Source: Takakia lepidozioides
Lineage: Eukaryota > Plantae > Bryophyta
DNA: 64,000 nucleotides
Direction: 5' to 3'
Assembly (NCBI GenBank): GCA_030704615.1
Contig: CM060733.1
Span: forward strand, 40,858,001-40,922,000
In this document: piece after piece, positions 26,017 to 38,200 of the stretch
Layout of the letters: each line of letters opens with the position of its first letter
Position numbering within the stretch: the first letter of the stretch is position 1
The notes under the pieces: model-generated
Database searches by the model: none
What the model was told of the DNA's origin: nothing
The model's input: only the letters and a program-made list of their open reading frames with translations
Translations under genes and position numbers: made by a program

Positions 26017-28014
26017 CTAAAGAAGGCATTTTGCCGCTCGTTCTGCTACCTCCACATCACTGTAGATTCGGCTGGCACCCAGCAGAGTCCCCCAAACTAA
26101 AGAATCTGGTTTGATTGGCATATTCTTGATAAAGTCCTCTGCCTCATTCAGTTGCCCTGCACGGCCAAGAAGGTCCACCATGCAGCCAAAATGTTCCACT
26201 GTAGGAATGAGGCCATGATCTCGACTCATGCAATCCAAGTAATGACGGCCTTCTTCCACTAGGCCCACATGGCTGCACGCACACATAACACATGCAAAGC
26301 TGATAATATCTGGCTTAAAACCTTCCTGCTGCATTTGTTCAAATAGTTGCAGGGCCTCTCTACCATACCCATGTTGAGCATATCCTCCAATCATTGCACT
26401 CCACGAGACCACGTTTCGTCGAGTCATACTGTCAAACACTTGGCGTGCATCCTTCATGCTCCCGCATTTGGCATACATATCAGCAAGAGCAGTCTCCAGA
26501 ATGACATCTGGAGCAATTCCAGCTCTGATGATGTCAGCATGGACCTCTCTGCCCTTTTCTAGGACTGCCAGGCTGGCACAAGCATTGAGAACCGAAGTGA
26601 ACGTGACCATGTCAGGCATCATGCCCTCCTGTATCATTTGCTCATACATCTCCAAAGCCTCCCCACCACAACCATACTGAATGTATCCTGCAATCATTGT
26701 GTTCCAAGAGACCACATTTCGCTGAGCCATATTGTTGAAGACTAGTTGTGCATCCTTCATGCTCCCGCATTTGGCATACATATCAGCAAGGGCAGTCTCC
26801 AGAATGATATCAGGAACGATTCTGGCTTTGCTGATGTCAGCATGGACCTCTTTGCCCTTTGCCAGGGCTCCCTGGCTAGCACATGCATTGAGAACACAAA
26901 TGAAAGCAACTCTATCAGGTGTCACACATTCCTGTAACATTCGCTCGTATGTCACCAAAGCCTCCCCAGCATGCCCCTGCTGAGCATATCCTGCGATCAT
27001 GGCACTCCATGATACCACATCACGTTTAGCCATATTGTCGAACACTTGACATGCGTCCGTCATGCTTCCACATTTGGCATACATGTTGACAAGAGCAGTG
27101 TCCAGAATGATATCTGGGGCAATTCTAGCTTGCATGACGTTAGCATGGACCTCTATGCCCTTTTCAAGGGCTGCCAGGCTGGTACAGACATTGAGAACAC
27201 AAATGAATGTGACCTTGTCGGGCGTCAACCCTTCCCATATCATTCGCTCATACATCTCAAATGCCTCCCTAGCACAACCCTGCTGAGCATATCCTGCAAT
27301 CATCGCATTCCATGAGACAACATCTTGTGCAGCCATATTGTTGAACAACCGACATGCATCATTTATTCTCCCACATTTTGCATACATGTCAGCAAGGGCA
27401 GTCTCCAGCATGATATCTGGCACAATTCCCGCCTTGATAATGTCAGCATGGACCTCTTTGCCCTTTTCCAGGGCTCCTAGGCTGGCACACGCATGAACAA
27501 CACTAGTGAAAGTGACCTTGTCAGGCATTACCCGTTCTCGCCTCAATTGCTCATAGATCTCAAAAGCCTCCCTACCACACCCATGTTTGGCATATCCTGC
27601 TATCATTATATTCCAAGTAAACATATCTCGTTTAGGCATTTTGTCAAATACTTGGCGTGCATCGACCACTCTTCCACACTTCGTATACATGTTGACAAGG
27701 GTGTTGAGTAGACAGTTGTTTGGATTGAATCCACTCTTTATAATGTGGGCATGCACTTTCCTTCCCGATTCTAGGTCCTTAATTTTGATGCACTCCTGCA
27801 AGAGACAGACATAAGTATGGGAGTCTGCTGAAATGCCTGCTTCGTTCAAAATGCCCAGCGCCTCTTGCAGCTGTCCTGCCTTAGATAGTGTCCTCACATC
27901 CACACACATAGCCGAAGAGGACTTGTGGACTCTCTCTCTTGGACAGCTTTCAAAACAGGTGTTCAAGGGGGAGGTGCCTGATTCAAACAATGGTGACTGA
28001 TGAAACCCTGCCAT
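26017..28014 (-). CDS. PLS-class pentatricopeptide repeat protein, 665 aa, truncated in the E domain
   Basis: Repeated P-L-S triplets (DVVSWNAMIAGYAQQG / PDKVTFTSVLNACAS / ETALADMYAKCG), then HFGCMVDLLGRAG and VWGTLLGA (S2/E1). Confidence 0.93.
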   Translation of the reverse strand: MAGFHQSPLFESGTSPLNTCFESCPRERVHKSSSAMCVDVRTLSKAGQLQEALGILNEAGISADSHTYVCLLQECIKIKDLESGRKVHAHIIKSGFNPNNCLLNTLVNMYTKCGRVVDARQVFDKMPKRDMFTWNIMIAGYAKHGCGREAFEIYEQLRRERVMPDKVTFTSVVHACASLGALEKGKEVHADIIKAGIVPDIMLETALADMYAKCGRINDACRLFNNMAAQDVVSWNAMIAGYAQQGCAREAFEMYERMIWEGLTPDKVTFICVLNVCTSLAALEKGIEVHANVMQARIAPDIILDTALVNMYAKCGSMTDACQVFDNMAKRDVVSWSAMIAGYAQQGHAGEALVTYERMLQECVTPDRVAFICVLNACASQGALAKGKEVHADISKARIVPDIILETALADMYAKCGSMKDAQLVFNNMAQRNVVSWNTMIAGYIQYGCGGEALEMYEQMIQEGMMPDMVTFTSVLNACASLAVLEKGREVHADIIRAGIAPDVILETALADMYAKCGSMKDARQVFDSMTRRNVVSWSAMIGGYAQHGYGREALQLFEQMQQEGFKPDIISFACVMCACSHVGLVEEGRHYLDCMSRDHGLIPTVEHFGCMVDLLGRAGQLNEAEDFIKNMPIKPDSLVWGTLLGASRIYSDVEVAERAAKCLL

Positions 28015-28229
28015 CCTGTAGAACTGAAACTCTCAGTTGCAAGCTTTTACAATCAAACTCACATAACATATCTCAAAACTCCTCCACACTACAAAGAGGA
28101 ATGTCTCCATGACGACAGGTTGTTGCTACATTTTAGCAGGGTTATGACTACTGCGGTTGTATACTCCTAGAATAAAAAGGTAACAATCTAATGGCTTGAG
28201 CGGAACGTTAGGTCAACATTGAACAATAC

Positions 28230-29314
28230 CTGCTGTACACTTGGCCGGGAGCTCCATGCTCTGTACAGTTGTCAAAATCCCCACAGAATTGTGTTTGACC
28301 GTGTATCATAGCTGCTATCTCTGTTTTCACCCAAGGAGGGTGCATCAAACCCAGTATCCAAAGGATGTCATATGTGTGCTTATGTCTGAAGTCTGGTGAT
28401 CTTGGCTGCTTCTGCAAAAACCACGAGTGAGCAGCTGAGTAACAGCCATAGCTTCACCCACGGCCTTGCGCAAAGCAGCCTACAACCACAAAGATCCAAG
28501 CATCTTTCAAATCAGGAAACAGCATTGAACAACCTGAGGATAGATAGGCCCTCTTTTCCTGTTTCTGCATGACAAAGCGAGACTTTGTTCGAAGAATTGG
28601 GGAATGGAGATACAAACAAAAGATCAACTAGCCAGTTTCTACAACAAACCCTCTTTGACAAACTTGTTCCCGGCCCAAATGCAGATAGACTTGCCTCATC
28701 AAACCCGTTGTTCCACCCCTTTGAAGGATATGAGAATAACTCATTGCTCGACCTATGTGCCAACTTCCGATTGCCTCAGCAGTTTGTGCAGCCCCTATGA
28801 CTTCGGTTTGATTGACGAATGCTAGTGTTGGCGTTCCGTATCTATACTCCTCTCTCCCTCTCTTTAAAGTTCTTCTGCTTCCCTCACTCTCACACACACA
28901 ATCAGGGCGACGTGTACGCTGTTCGCTGTAACTGGATTTTCTTTAGAGGTAAATATGTCGGCGATTCGGGTGTTTCAACAGAGCTGATGGAAGGAGGACT
29001 CGATCTCAATTCATGTCTTAGCTTCAAGGAAAATATGCGGGTTCCTCGGAGGCACAAAAAATTTCCAGACAGACAAAATTACGCAACGAGCAGATATGTA
29101 TACCTCTAGTCGGTACCCCGGGAGCTTGGGGAGGCATCATAGCAATCCCTCGCAAGGGTCTGGGACCCGGCAGTGGCAAGGGGTGTAGCCATTTCAGCTC
29201 CACAGCCTGCTCCCTACTTGTGCTGCATGATGCTAAGCTTCCAGTCCGTTCATGGCTAGGAGCAGCCAGGGCCTCTCCCTGTCGTGGCACGAAACTGCCC
29301 AAGGCTGCTGCCAT
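28230..29314 (-). pseudogene. 5' exons of PDF-PPR locus copy 2: exon 29314-29104, disrupted exon ending 28695 (GC donor), PDF exon 28411-28230
   Basis: ELFSYPSKGWNNGFDE|gcaagt...gcag|KQPRSPDFRHKHTYDILWILGLMHPPWVKTEI. The 182-nt exon ends in phase 2, and the acceptor at 28017-28016 leaves G+ATG, in frame with the PPR ORF. Confidence 0.75.
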
Positions 29315-31909
29315 TCCTGTCGTGGTGTGAAGAAGCGAGCATGCGGCGTAGAGCGAACACCAACGAGATGTTCAAACTCTTTGAAAAGCATTCCTCAAGA
29401 CACGCAAGAACAACTTGTGTTTGCTAAGTCTAGCGTCCTTCTTATCGCACTATTGAACAAGGTTTTGTTAGTAAAGGTGTCAAAGTTATGAGCCAGCAAG
29501 GCCCAAGCCTACACTGCTACTAGACCAATGTTGGGGTTGTTTGATTTCCTTCATAAACTCTGGTTCCGGGTTTTACCAGCGGCGAGAGCTTGAATATGAA
29601 ACCTGAAGTTTCCTGAACCATCTGCAAATGAATAGACCTATCATCAAATAACCGGCATGTCATTCTTTTGACAGATCTTTGGCGTTTTCAACCGATTCTT
29701 TCAAAACCGTGTAGCCACGTCTTTGCGGGTTCTTAGCTTGTTTTATTAGAACGGGGGTAATATATTCACATTGTAAACTTCTTGAGAACCTCCGGGGTCT
29801 GTAGCTGAATCCAACATTGCTCTGTTGCATAGCATTCACTCACTGCATGCACGAGGCTTCCACTGTCAAGGGAGTGAATGCATTCCACGCATCACCTGCC
29901 AACGCTCTTGACATGCACATTGCATCTCGCTGCCCTTGCATTCAATCCTGGATCATCTATCTACACACGTAAAGGATTTTGCCTGCCCTAATATGGCGTA
30001 TTTCCAAGCCCTAGCACATTATGCCAGTTGCACTAGCACATTATGAAACATTAGGACTGGCAGGCCAATAGGAGGGCGGCAGACTCAATGCTTTACGTAC
30101 TGGAATGGGCCGCAACATTCCATTATTATGGCGGTTTCGGCGGCAGCTCGCCCTCCTCGCCCTCCGGCTCGCCACCACCTTACCCGCCACAATGTCATGT
30201 GGCGGCCCATTCCATAGTACGCAACGTTCTCTTCTGCTGCATCTTCCTAGACTTGCCCACCACAAAACGATCCGTGTGAACATTTATACCATCATGGATC
30301 CCCGAAACTATGGAGCAGCAACCGGATGTGTCGGTAGACGCGATAACACTAGAGCACTATGTACTCACTGGCCACATGCCACAAGATTCAAATCGAGTCT
30401 GGGTTCTTCAGGTGCCAAAGCTGGTGAATAGCGTTATGCACCTTGATGTGACACCTGGTTCTGCTTACCAGGCGGGTAGGTATATCATATATCATCCCCA
30501 TTACTTACAAACTACAGTCAGCTGTGCGGAGACCCAGGCAGTCAAAGAGACCATCGAAGTGAAGATTGGGGGATGGATTAGTGTCTGTGTGAGAACAATC
30601 CTGTATATCCAGCTTCACAAGTGCTATAGCAGGCACCCACCACAAAAAAAAATGGTGTTTTCCGTACAGAAGAGTGCATCGAAGAAAAAGAAGTGAGGAA
30701 GCAATCCAATCCACATTACATGAACACATTTTCACCTGCTATTGCTTTGCATTTCACATATATACTCCCACTTTCTCTTATTCCCTTTTGTTGTGTCCAC
30801 CATGATCCTCTTCAGTGCTCAGTGTCATTCTGCCATTGTGTGATGGAACTAGTTTCATCCACAAAGCATCCCCACTCATGGGGTTTCATCTGCTTAGTGT
30901 CTTGAGATAGTATCTGGTGCCCTGTTGCACATGTAATCTCAGGACCCCACTGTTGGGATGCAAAGTGGATAGCACATCCATACACCAGAACTCATGTAAA
31001 AAGGTAAGCAGACTGAAGGCCATATGTAGAATGTGTCAGACATCCTTTCTTGGAAACAGACTCTGTTTGCTGAACCCTGTTGGGTGCTAAGCCCACAGAA
31101 GGCTCTGGGATGTGTAGTTTCCTGTGGGGTCAATGGCCGTAAGGCTATGGCAAGCCAGCATGCACAGGGAAGAGCACAAGTACATTCTATATGTTGAATC
31201 ACAAAGCACATCACAGTACAACACGCAGTTCACAAAATATAACTGTAAACTCCTCAAGCTGTCTCTGAACATGGGAGTGCAAGGATTGCAACATACACTG
31301 GGGGGCAGCTTGGAAAGCAGCAACTCCATGGCGACTCCAGATCAAACTTGTACTCAAAAAGGAGCTCTGCAAAAGATCACATTATTGAACTAAATGCTGA
31401 ATCGTTCAGTGAAGATCACAAAGATCTTTGAAACTAAGGGCACCCTCATGTGCATGGGCCCAACTTACCTTTATTAGTTTCAGTCAAAACTAGCAGTTGT
31501 TAGTATCTGTACACATAATCATCTATACATTACAAGTACATATATTCTACAACTACACTTCCCTAGACTTATCTACAGTCAGGACTCGGACCAATGTTGT
31601 GTAGTGTGTACTATCATCCATGATCATGAAAGCATGGATGTGTCAGTTTACCACTTCCTGTAAATGCTCAGTTAGGGGCTGTGTTGCTCTGTACTCTAAA
31701 AGCTTTCTGTCAATGGTCTAAATTCCTACAGACAAATTATATCTGTTTCAAGTATTCTAAGAGGTGTTGAGATGCTGCGCATCAACGGAGTACTCTATCA
31801 CTATTCCCCTGCAATGCTAGGGGAAGCTAATGGTCAGAAGGGATCGGTACATCTCTCTTAGTGGGAGATCTCTTTCTATGGAATCTCTTCAGTATGCTAC
31901 TCTCTCACT

Positions 31910-32045
31910 CTCTTCCGCCCATACTGGGCACGGGGTCTAATGCCACAAGGCTACAGCAGGCATCTTATGAGTACATTCTCTCTCCCTGTCTCTCTCTCAC
32001 GTCTTCAGGCTACGGCAAACAACGTCTTATGAGTACACTCTCTCA
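31910..32045 (+). repeat. Short interspersed repeat (about 85 bp) plus a partial second copy, CT-microsatellite tailed
   Basis: ttccgcccatactgggcacggggtctaatgccacaaggctac...cttatgagtacattctctctc; same family as 23944, 24253, 59995 and 63655. Confidence 0.85.
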
Positions 32046-32255
32046 CGTCTTCTCCAGGCACTTTGTCCACAGCCACAAGGCTACACTAATTAAGTATGTT
32101 GTCTTCTCTGGTGTCAAGTTAGTCGAGTGCACAGTCACCCTTCAGCATTGAGAGCACAACTGCTCCATTCAATTGCGCCCGTGAGTCCCACACGGCCCCC
32201 TCCAGTCCAGGACCAAATGGATGAGAAAGGAAAATGCCAGCAACCCGATCGAGAG

Positions 32256-32747
32256 TCACTCTGGCCTAATGTGCTGAAGGCTATGGCCACTTGTGTCTGG
32301 TGTTGGCTGTGGCTGCAGACTGACCCATTCAAACCGCCCAGGTAGTGGGATATCCTTCACTGGATCGAAATTGTATCTGTGCCACAACAAAGCACAAAGA
32401 AAAGAGAGTGAGACAGAGATAGATGGAGGGTCTAGTCAGAGTCAACTGCTCCAAAAGCTAATTGTCGAGCGCAGAGCTTAAGTGCAATGGCGTACTTTTC
32501 AGTGAAATGTCTTTGATCTGTTTTCTCAAGCTTGGAGAAGAACTCTTCCATTTCAGTTGGTGATGGAGAATTATATGGACGCCTTTGCACGGGTCTGGAG
32601 GCTTTCTTAAAAGTGGTAGCACCCTTCTTGGCAGGCAGTTTAGACAATGAAGGTGTTGTCTCCTCAACTTCCATTTTGAAATTTGGAGAGGGAGTACTTG
32701 GTCGACTTTGAAATGTGGGGGCACAAGGGAGTTCCTGAGATTGGTCA
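32256..32747 (-). CDS. KRP: KRP/ICK cyclin-dependent kinase inhibitor C-terminal exons (32747-32496, 32376-32256)
   Basis: Spliced SPTEMEEFFSKLEKTDQRHFTEK|YNFDPVKDIPLPGRFEWVSL is the canonical KRP cyclin/CDK-binding C-terminal domain, followed by a 19-aa extension. Confidence 0.88.
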
Positions 32748-33240
32748 CTGCATCCATCCCAAAGAAGTAAAATCAGAATGAATACAGAGATTAGAGCACT
32801 TTTTCCGGTTGATTAACCATTTGTTTGTGCCATTCTGTCATAAACCACCAAGGACCATGTGCCCTGCATAAACAAGGAAATATGTAGAAGAACTGAAAGA
32901 CCAAGAAGGTGTGGGGTGGGGCACAGGAAGTTCTACCAGAACTTGGGTAACTCGAACTGCTTTGTAGCATTCAAAGAGCTACTCCCAAGGGTAGGTTGTG
33001 GCTGATCATGTGGAGCCAAAACGACATACCAGCACACTTTCCTCAGCCCCTGCAGTCACATGACATAAGACTTCAGATGGATGAACCACTAGCCTTGGTC
33101 AAACTGATATATCCTTATTATCTTCCCAAGCCTCTTTTCAACTGTCATTGCAGACCCCTCTCATCTCTCGCTTGCTTGTGGCGCTAATGAACCAGTGGGC
33201 AGACAAAAAAATAAGAAAACAAAAAGATCAGCAACTGCAC

Positions 33241-35244
33241 CTTGCCAACCGAGACATTTTGGAGAGTATTAATAAGCTCATTCCGAGTGTCAAGGTCTGG
33301 GGTGTCATCTAAATAGAGGATGGCTTGCTGGACCATAGCCCTCACTGCCTGCAGCCCATCCCAAACACTTACATAGACTATTAGCATCCAGTGCCTTCCC
33401 CATCATTCATACATACATATGTTTGTTCTTTCACCTTGCTATGATTCTGTTCACTGAAACAACCAGTTACATACCACGGATGACACCACAGTTATGATAA
33501 CATGTATCCCCCCAAGTATTGATCTCCAAATAGAACCTTTCAATTCCACAAACTCAAAAGTTGGTTGCAGAAACCAGAGAGAAACAAGGAATTCCAACAC
33601 ACTACCTGTTTCAGTTGGGTTTGGCGTCGGGAGAGGAGAAGGATCTGATCATTGAGGGTTTTCCAAGCCCGAGCCTCATAACATAACTGGATGATGGCCA
33701 CCACCACCTTTCTGGTTCTTGTGATATCAGCAGCACATCGCATTTGCTTCTCTAGTTTCAACAACTCCTCAATTGCTGCATCCAATCTCTGCTCCTGAGG
33801 AAAATGCAAGCAACCCTTATTGTTAGATTTGAAAGTTCCTATGGTGCCATGTAGGGAAGCCTGACAAGGTGTTGCGGACAGAGCTCCTGTTTAGCTTTTG
33901 ACTATATGTAAAGAGGACAGGCTACGATGACAGAATCCCCACGCTGCAAAAAAAACTTTAGCCAAGAAAAGAGTGGTAAGAGATCTAAAACAGGAAACCA
34001 ATTTACTGAGGTGTTTGGAAGGAAGATAAAAACCCCTGAGAGAGACCAAGTTCTTTTAAGACTTAAGTTTCTTAGAACTTATTGGAAAGGCTGTTACTAT
34101 GGCTGTAAAATCATGGGATAAAGAGTCCCAACGACAAGTGGCGACACAATTTATGTGGAAACAGATGCCACAGGTTCAACTCTAAATTTTCTGCAGCATT
34201 CGTCAAGAAGGTCCACTTCTGCAGAGCCTCATCACAACATCTGCAACTAAAGAGACTAGAACTCAAGCGAGAGTATCATGTCTCCGCTTCGGGCCAAATG
34301 GATACAAGAACTCCTTCCATACTCTTCCCAAGTATTCCACTCGATTTCACTTTTGTCAGCAGTTACTCAGTAAATGTGCTTCAATCACATTATAGTACTG
34401 CTACATGCGCAGGCTGATGCTCCACAGGAGCTCCAGTTGGGACTGCCGTTACAGTAAGCCACTGAAGATGCTCCAATGAGCTCATAATAATTATTTCAAA
34501 CAATCTTAGCTTAGTGAGACTCATTCGTTAATTGACCGAGTAATTATGTGCTCCTCTTTAACGGAAGGGCATCAAATTGCTATTGACCTGATGCTTGCAT
34601 GGAGTTCTTGGGATTAAGTAAAAAGCTTCCATGCTTCAGTCTTAGATTCATAAACCATCACAACTGCTATACGATTAGAAGCAGTAATATGGGACGATTG
34701 CGACACCATAGGCTAGCAGACGTCAAATCCCGAAGATAGAAAGCCCCTCAAGCTCAAACACGCTGACCAGATAAAGCTCTACTAGATGTTGGCACTGTTC
34801 TCATACAGGTTGGGTCCAATGACCCTGCTTCTCAAGCGCTATAGCACACTTCGGTGCCAAAGCAGCGTTAGATAGTTTAGCTGTTAAATTACAGTGCGGA
34901 ATAATGATTTCCACCGTGCAAAAAATGATAATACTTTGATAAATCTATTGGTTCAAGAAGATTGACTCCATTAACTTCATGAATCATTTGCACTGCCGAG
35001 AGAGCAGATTACGATGATCCATAGGACACGACTTAAGGAGGGCCATTTCTCATATTTTACTCATTTTGTGAAACAGAAAACACATGAATAAGTTTGCATG
35101 TCAACATAGCACGTATAAAATAGATTAGACAGTAACCTCAAGGGCGACCACACGTTGAGCTTGAATGTCTCTCTCCAAGGCACCATAGTCCACACCACAG
35201 CAATCCTCAACTTCATTCTCGGCCATCTCTATGTCATCTTCCAT
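33241..35244 (-). CDS. RPN5: 26S proteasome lid subunit RPN5 (PSMD12) N-terminal three exons only (35244-35137, 33794-33606, 33348-33241); possibly the 5' half of a chimeric gene with KRP
   Basis: MEDD...[19 protein letters not shown]|[23 protein letters not shown]...[21 protein letters not shown]|AVRAMVQQA...[13 protein letters not shown]. All introns are phase-0 GT-AG; the expected next exon (IYVEIERARL) is absent. Confidence 0.8.
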
Positions 35245-38200
35245 ATCTATAACCATGACGCCTTCTGCTATGTAGATTTTACAGCATCCACAAAGCCCTA
35301 TGGCTTTCCCTGTCCCGCGACCGTCAATGCGACATAAAGAGAAAGAGAGCGAAACAGAAAGACAGCGGGAGAGGGAGATTAGAGAGGAATAGATAAGATA
35401 AGACAATGTAGCTCCCAGAAGTCCCGTGGACCGACAACAATACTTTAAGGAACTATCAGAGTCAGCGCTTCGTTATAAACACCTTAGAAACCCCGGGGAG
35501 AGAGCCAAAGAGAGAGACACACACACAAACGGAAAGAGTGAGAATTAGACACTTGATAGAATAGAGCTGAATCTCAATTCTTGTAAGAAACGAACAGCCG
35601 GTGAGGACGAAAACAGCAAATACTGAACAGGCCGAAATAAGAGAGACAGGAAGAACGAGGGAGAACCCGAGGAAAGAGGAGGAGACATAAGGCGATGCTA
35701 CCGGTGCGTAGAACAGAAGAAGCTACAAGTACTAACCGGATATGAGTACAGAGTTGTGTATCTCAGCGAGAAGGTAAGACACGCACAATTATCGGAATGA
35801 GAGATAGAGGAGAGAAGGTCACGGTACAAGCCGACTAGGAGAGGACACAGAAACAGAGAGAAAACAATTCAACCAAGGGAGAGACCTTCGAATGCCTACA
35901 TTAGATGCCTACATTGGCATGTCATCACAACATCGAAAGGGGACGAGTTACTTCGTCCGGAGAGAGAGAGAGAGAGAAGAGGAGCAGAGTATATACAAAC
36001 AGGGATACACACAGACACGGGGAACTAAATTACGATCGAACAATTGAGAAAGCAAAACGGCATTCCCTACATAATTATGGCCGCGCAAGATCGACAGTGG
36101 CAGATACTTCGTTATATGAGCAAGCCAGAGAGGAAACGGAAGAGAGCGAGGCAGCGAGGGAGATGGAGAGAGCGCGCCTGACACCTGTGAGCCGCCGTAC
36201 CCGTGCGTTCACGCTCGCCGGTTCCCTCTCCACGGCCCGTGCTCCACAAACCCGGGGACTCGGGATGTGGATGTTGTCATCCGTTCGCGGCCGATGGTTG
36301 ACCAATGTGCCCATGCTGGCGGGCACTTTTTCATCCGAGAGACCGGGTGCCGGGCGCCCGGGCGCGGGGATAGGGGACGCATGATTGTTCAGACAAAGAA
36401 ATGCCCCCGGTGCGGGGCCGGGAAACGTGGGGGTGAAAGCGGTGAGGGCAGCGCGGGCAGTGGCGGGCCACTGGGGCTATTAATGTATGCCGCAGCGCTT
36501 CCCTCCCTGCCTGCTTTCAAACAACGTTAAATACATAACGCTCCACGCTTCTATCTGCAAACGATATGGGATAATTGGGCCCCAGTCAAAGTCATCACGC
36601 ACAGCTCTGCAAGGCTGGGTAAGTATATACGTTATTTCAATCGTTCCTCGTAGACAGACGATGCCAGGTACGCCAGGCATATTCTACACCAGACCTAATA
36701 AATGGCTGAGCTTCCTCGACACGCCTTGCGAGTCGAAGAACAATAATAAAGAGCAAGGATGACAGGGAATGACACACGGGCCCGTGAAACATGCCGCAAG
36801 GCAGCATGTGCAGCCCAACGTAACCCGCACAATCTGTTTGTTTCCGGGCAGGAGGCAGAAAAGCCTCGTGCACTCGCCCGTTTTACCATCCTGCACGTGG
36901 CCCACCCTGCCACCCACCGCCACCAGCCCAGCAGTTGGATGGATGATTTTCATGCGGCGATTGGATGAAGGATATGGCTCTTAGATGCAGACAGCGACAC
37001 TGGCAGTAGACGGTTGGCGGATGACGTTAGGGCCGGACGACCGGAAACAGGCAGTGATCGTGACGGCTCGCGCACGCTGTGACCGGACACCGACCGGCGG
37101 TCCGTGTCTTGGTCCAGAGTAGTGCTGGGGTATTAGGTACATTTTCTAATACCAGCCGGGTCCTGGTATTGAAATATTTTTACTTTCCAATACCAGGTTC
37201 CGTAGTATTAGAATACTCACAAAATTTTAATATCCGTCGATTCTCAGTAGATGCAGGATTTTGGATTTGCCAAAGATAAGCAACCAATGGTATTCCAGTT
37301 GTGTATTCACATTGTAATACCAGCTGGTTACCAATCGGGGTATAAGGAGCTGGCAAAGTTGTGTTATGTAGGTTACTCGTGGATTATTTTCTCAATATTG
37401 CAAGCATTGTTGAATATATCAGTCATATATCTTGAATATATAACTGGATTAACAATGAAAATATATCTATTAAACTGTATCTGGATAATTCATACCTCAA
37501 GGTACCTATATGTACCCTTACCCGTAGGGGAAGTATAAGTTTTTGAAAGTATAGTTTACCTGGACACGGACGGTAAGACAAAATAAAGTCTCTTCTTACC
37601 CGGACCCGGAGCCTGGAGGGTATGTTTAAAGCAGTATCATCCAGAGCCTCCTTTTTGCTATCTGGCTTGGCAGCGCTGAGATGATAACTCTTTCCATTCT
37701 TCATCCGTCGGTTCGTCAACAAATGAGAATGGATGTAGATGGGATGTAGATGGATGATAAAGTTCCCATCCTGTTGGCCCGGTGCAAGTAATGTGGCGTC
37801 TAATAAAAGGCCAAACGCTACGGACCGTTTTTGGCTAAAAATGAGTATAGAAGAAATGATGGAGGAATCCGTTGATATGATTCATGCATTCATTGGGCGC
37901 TGTCTTCTGGGCTCTTTGTGTGAACCCGTCCTATTTATATGTTCAATGAGTGCCTACTCACTTTTTCTCTTTTTAAGTATGCAATATCATTACTGTGAAA
38001 ATAAACAAATGGTGAAATAAGGGAGAGGGTTACACCAGAAAACCAAAAACCAAGTGGGGACAAGGGGTATTATGAGCTGGGGCTTTGCTTCCTCATTAAT
38101 TGTGGAAACTGTACACAAATAATACATATCGGGGCAGGCGTGCATCCATTTATGTCGGCGGCCATTCATTGTGGGGACGCCGAAATCTTCATCCTCCATT

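Noticed and set aside
26347-27814. Multiple repeated plus-strand ORFs (MLPHLAY...)
   Set aside because: Antisense of the PLS repeats.
30088-30696. Adjacent plus-strand ORFs (63 and 128 aa)
   Set aside because: No recognisable domain or consistent splice model.
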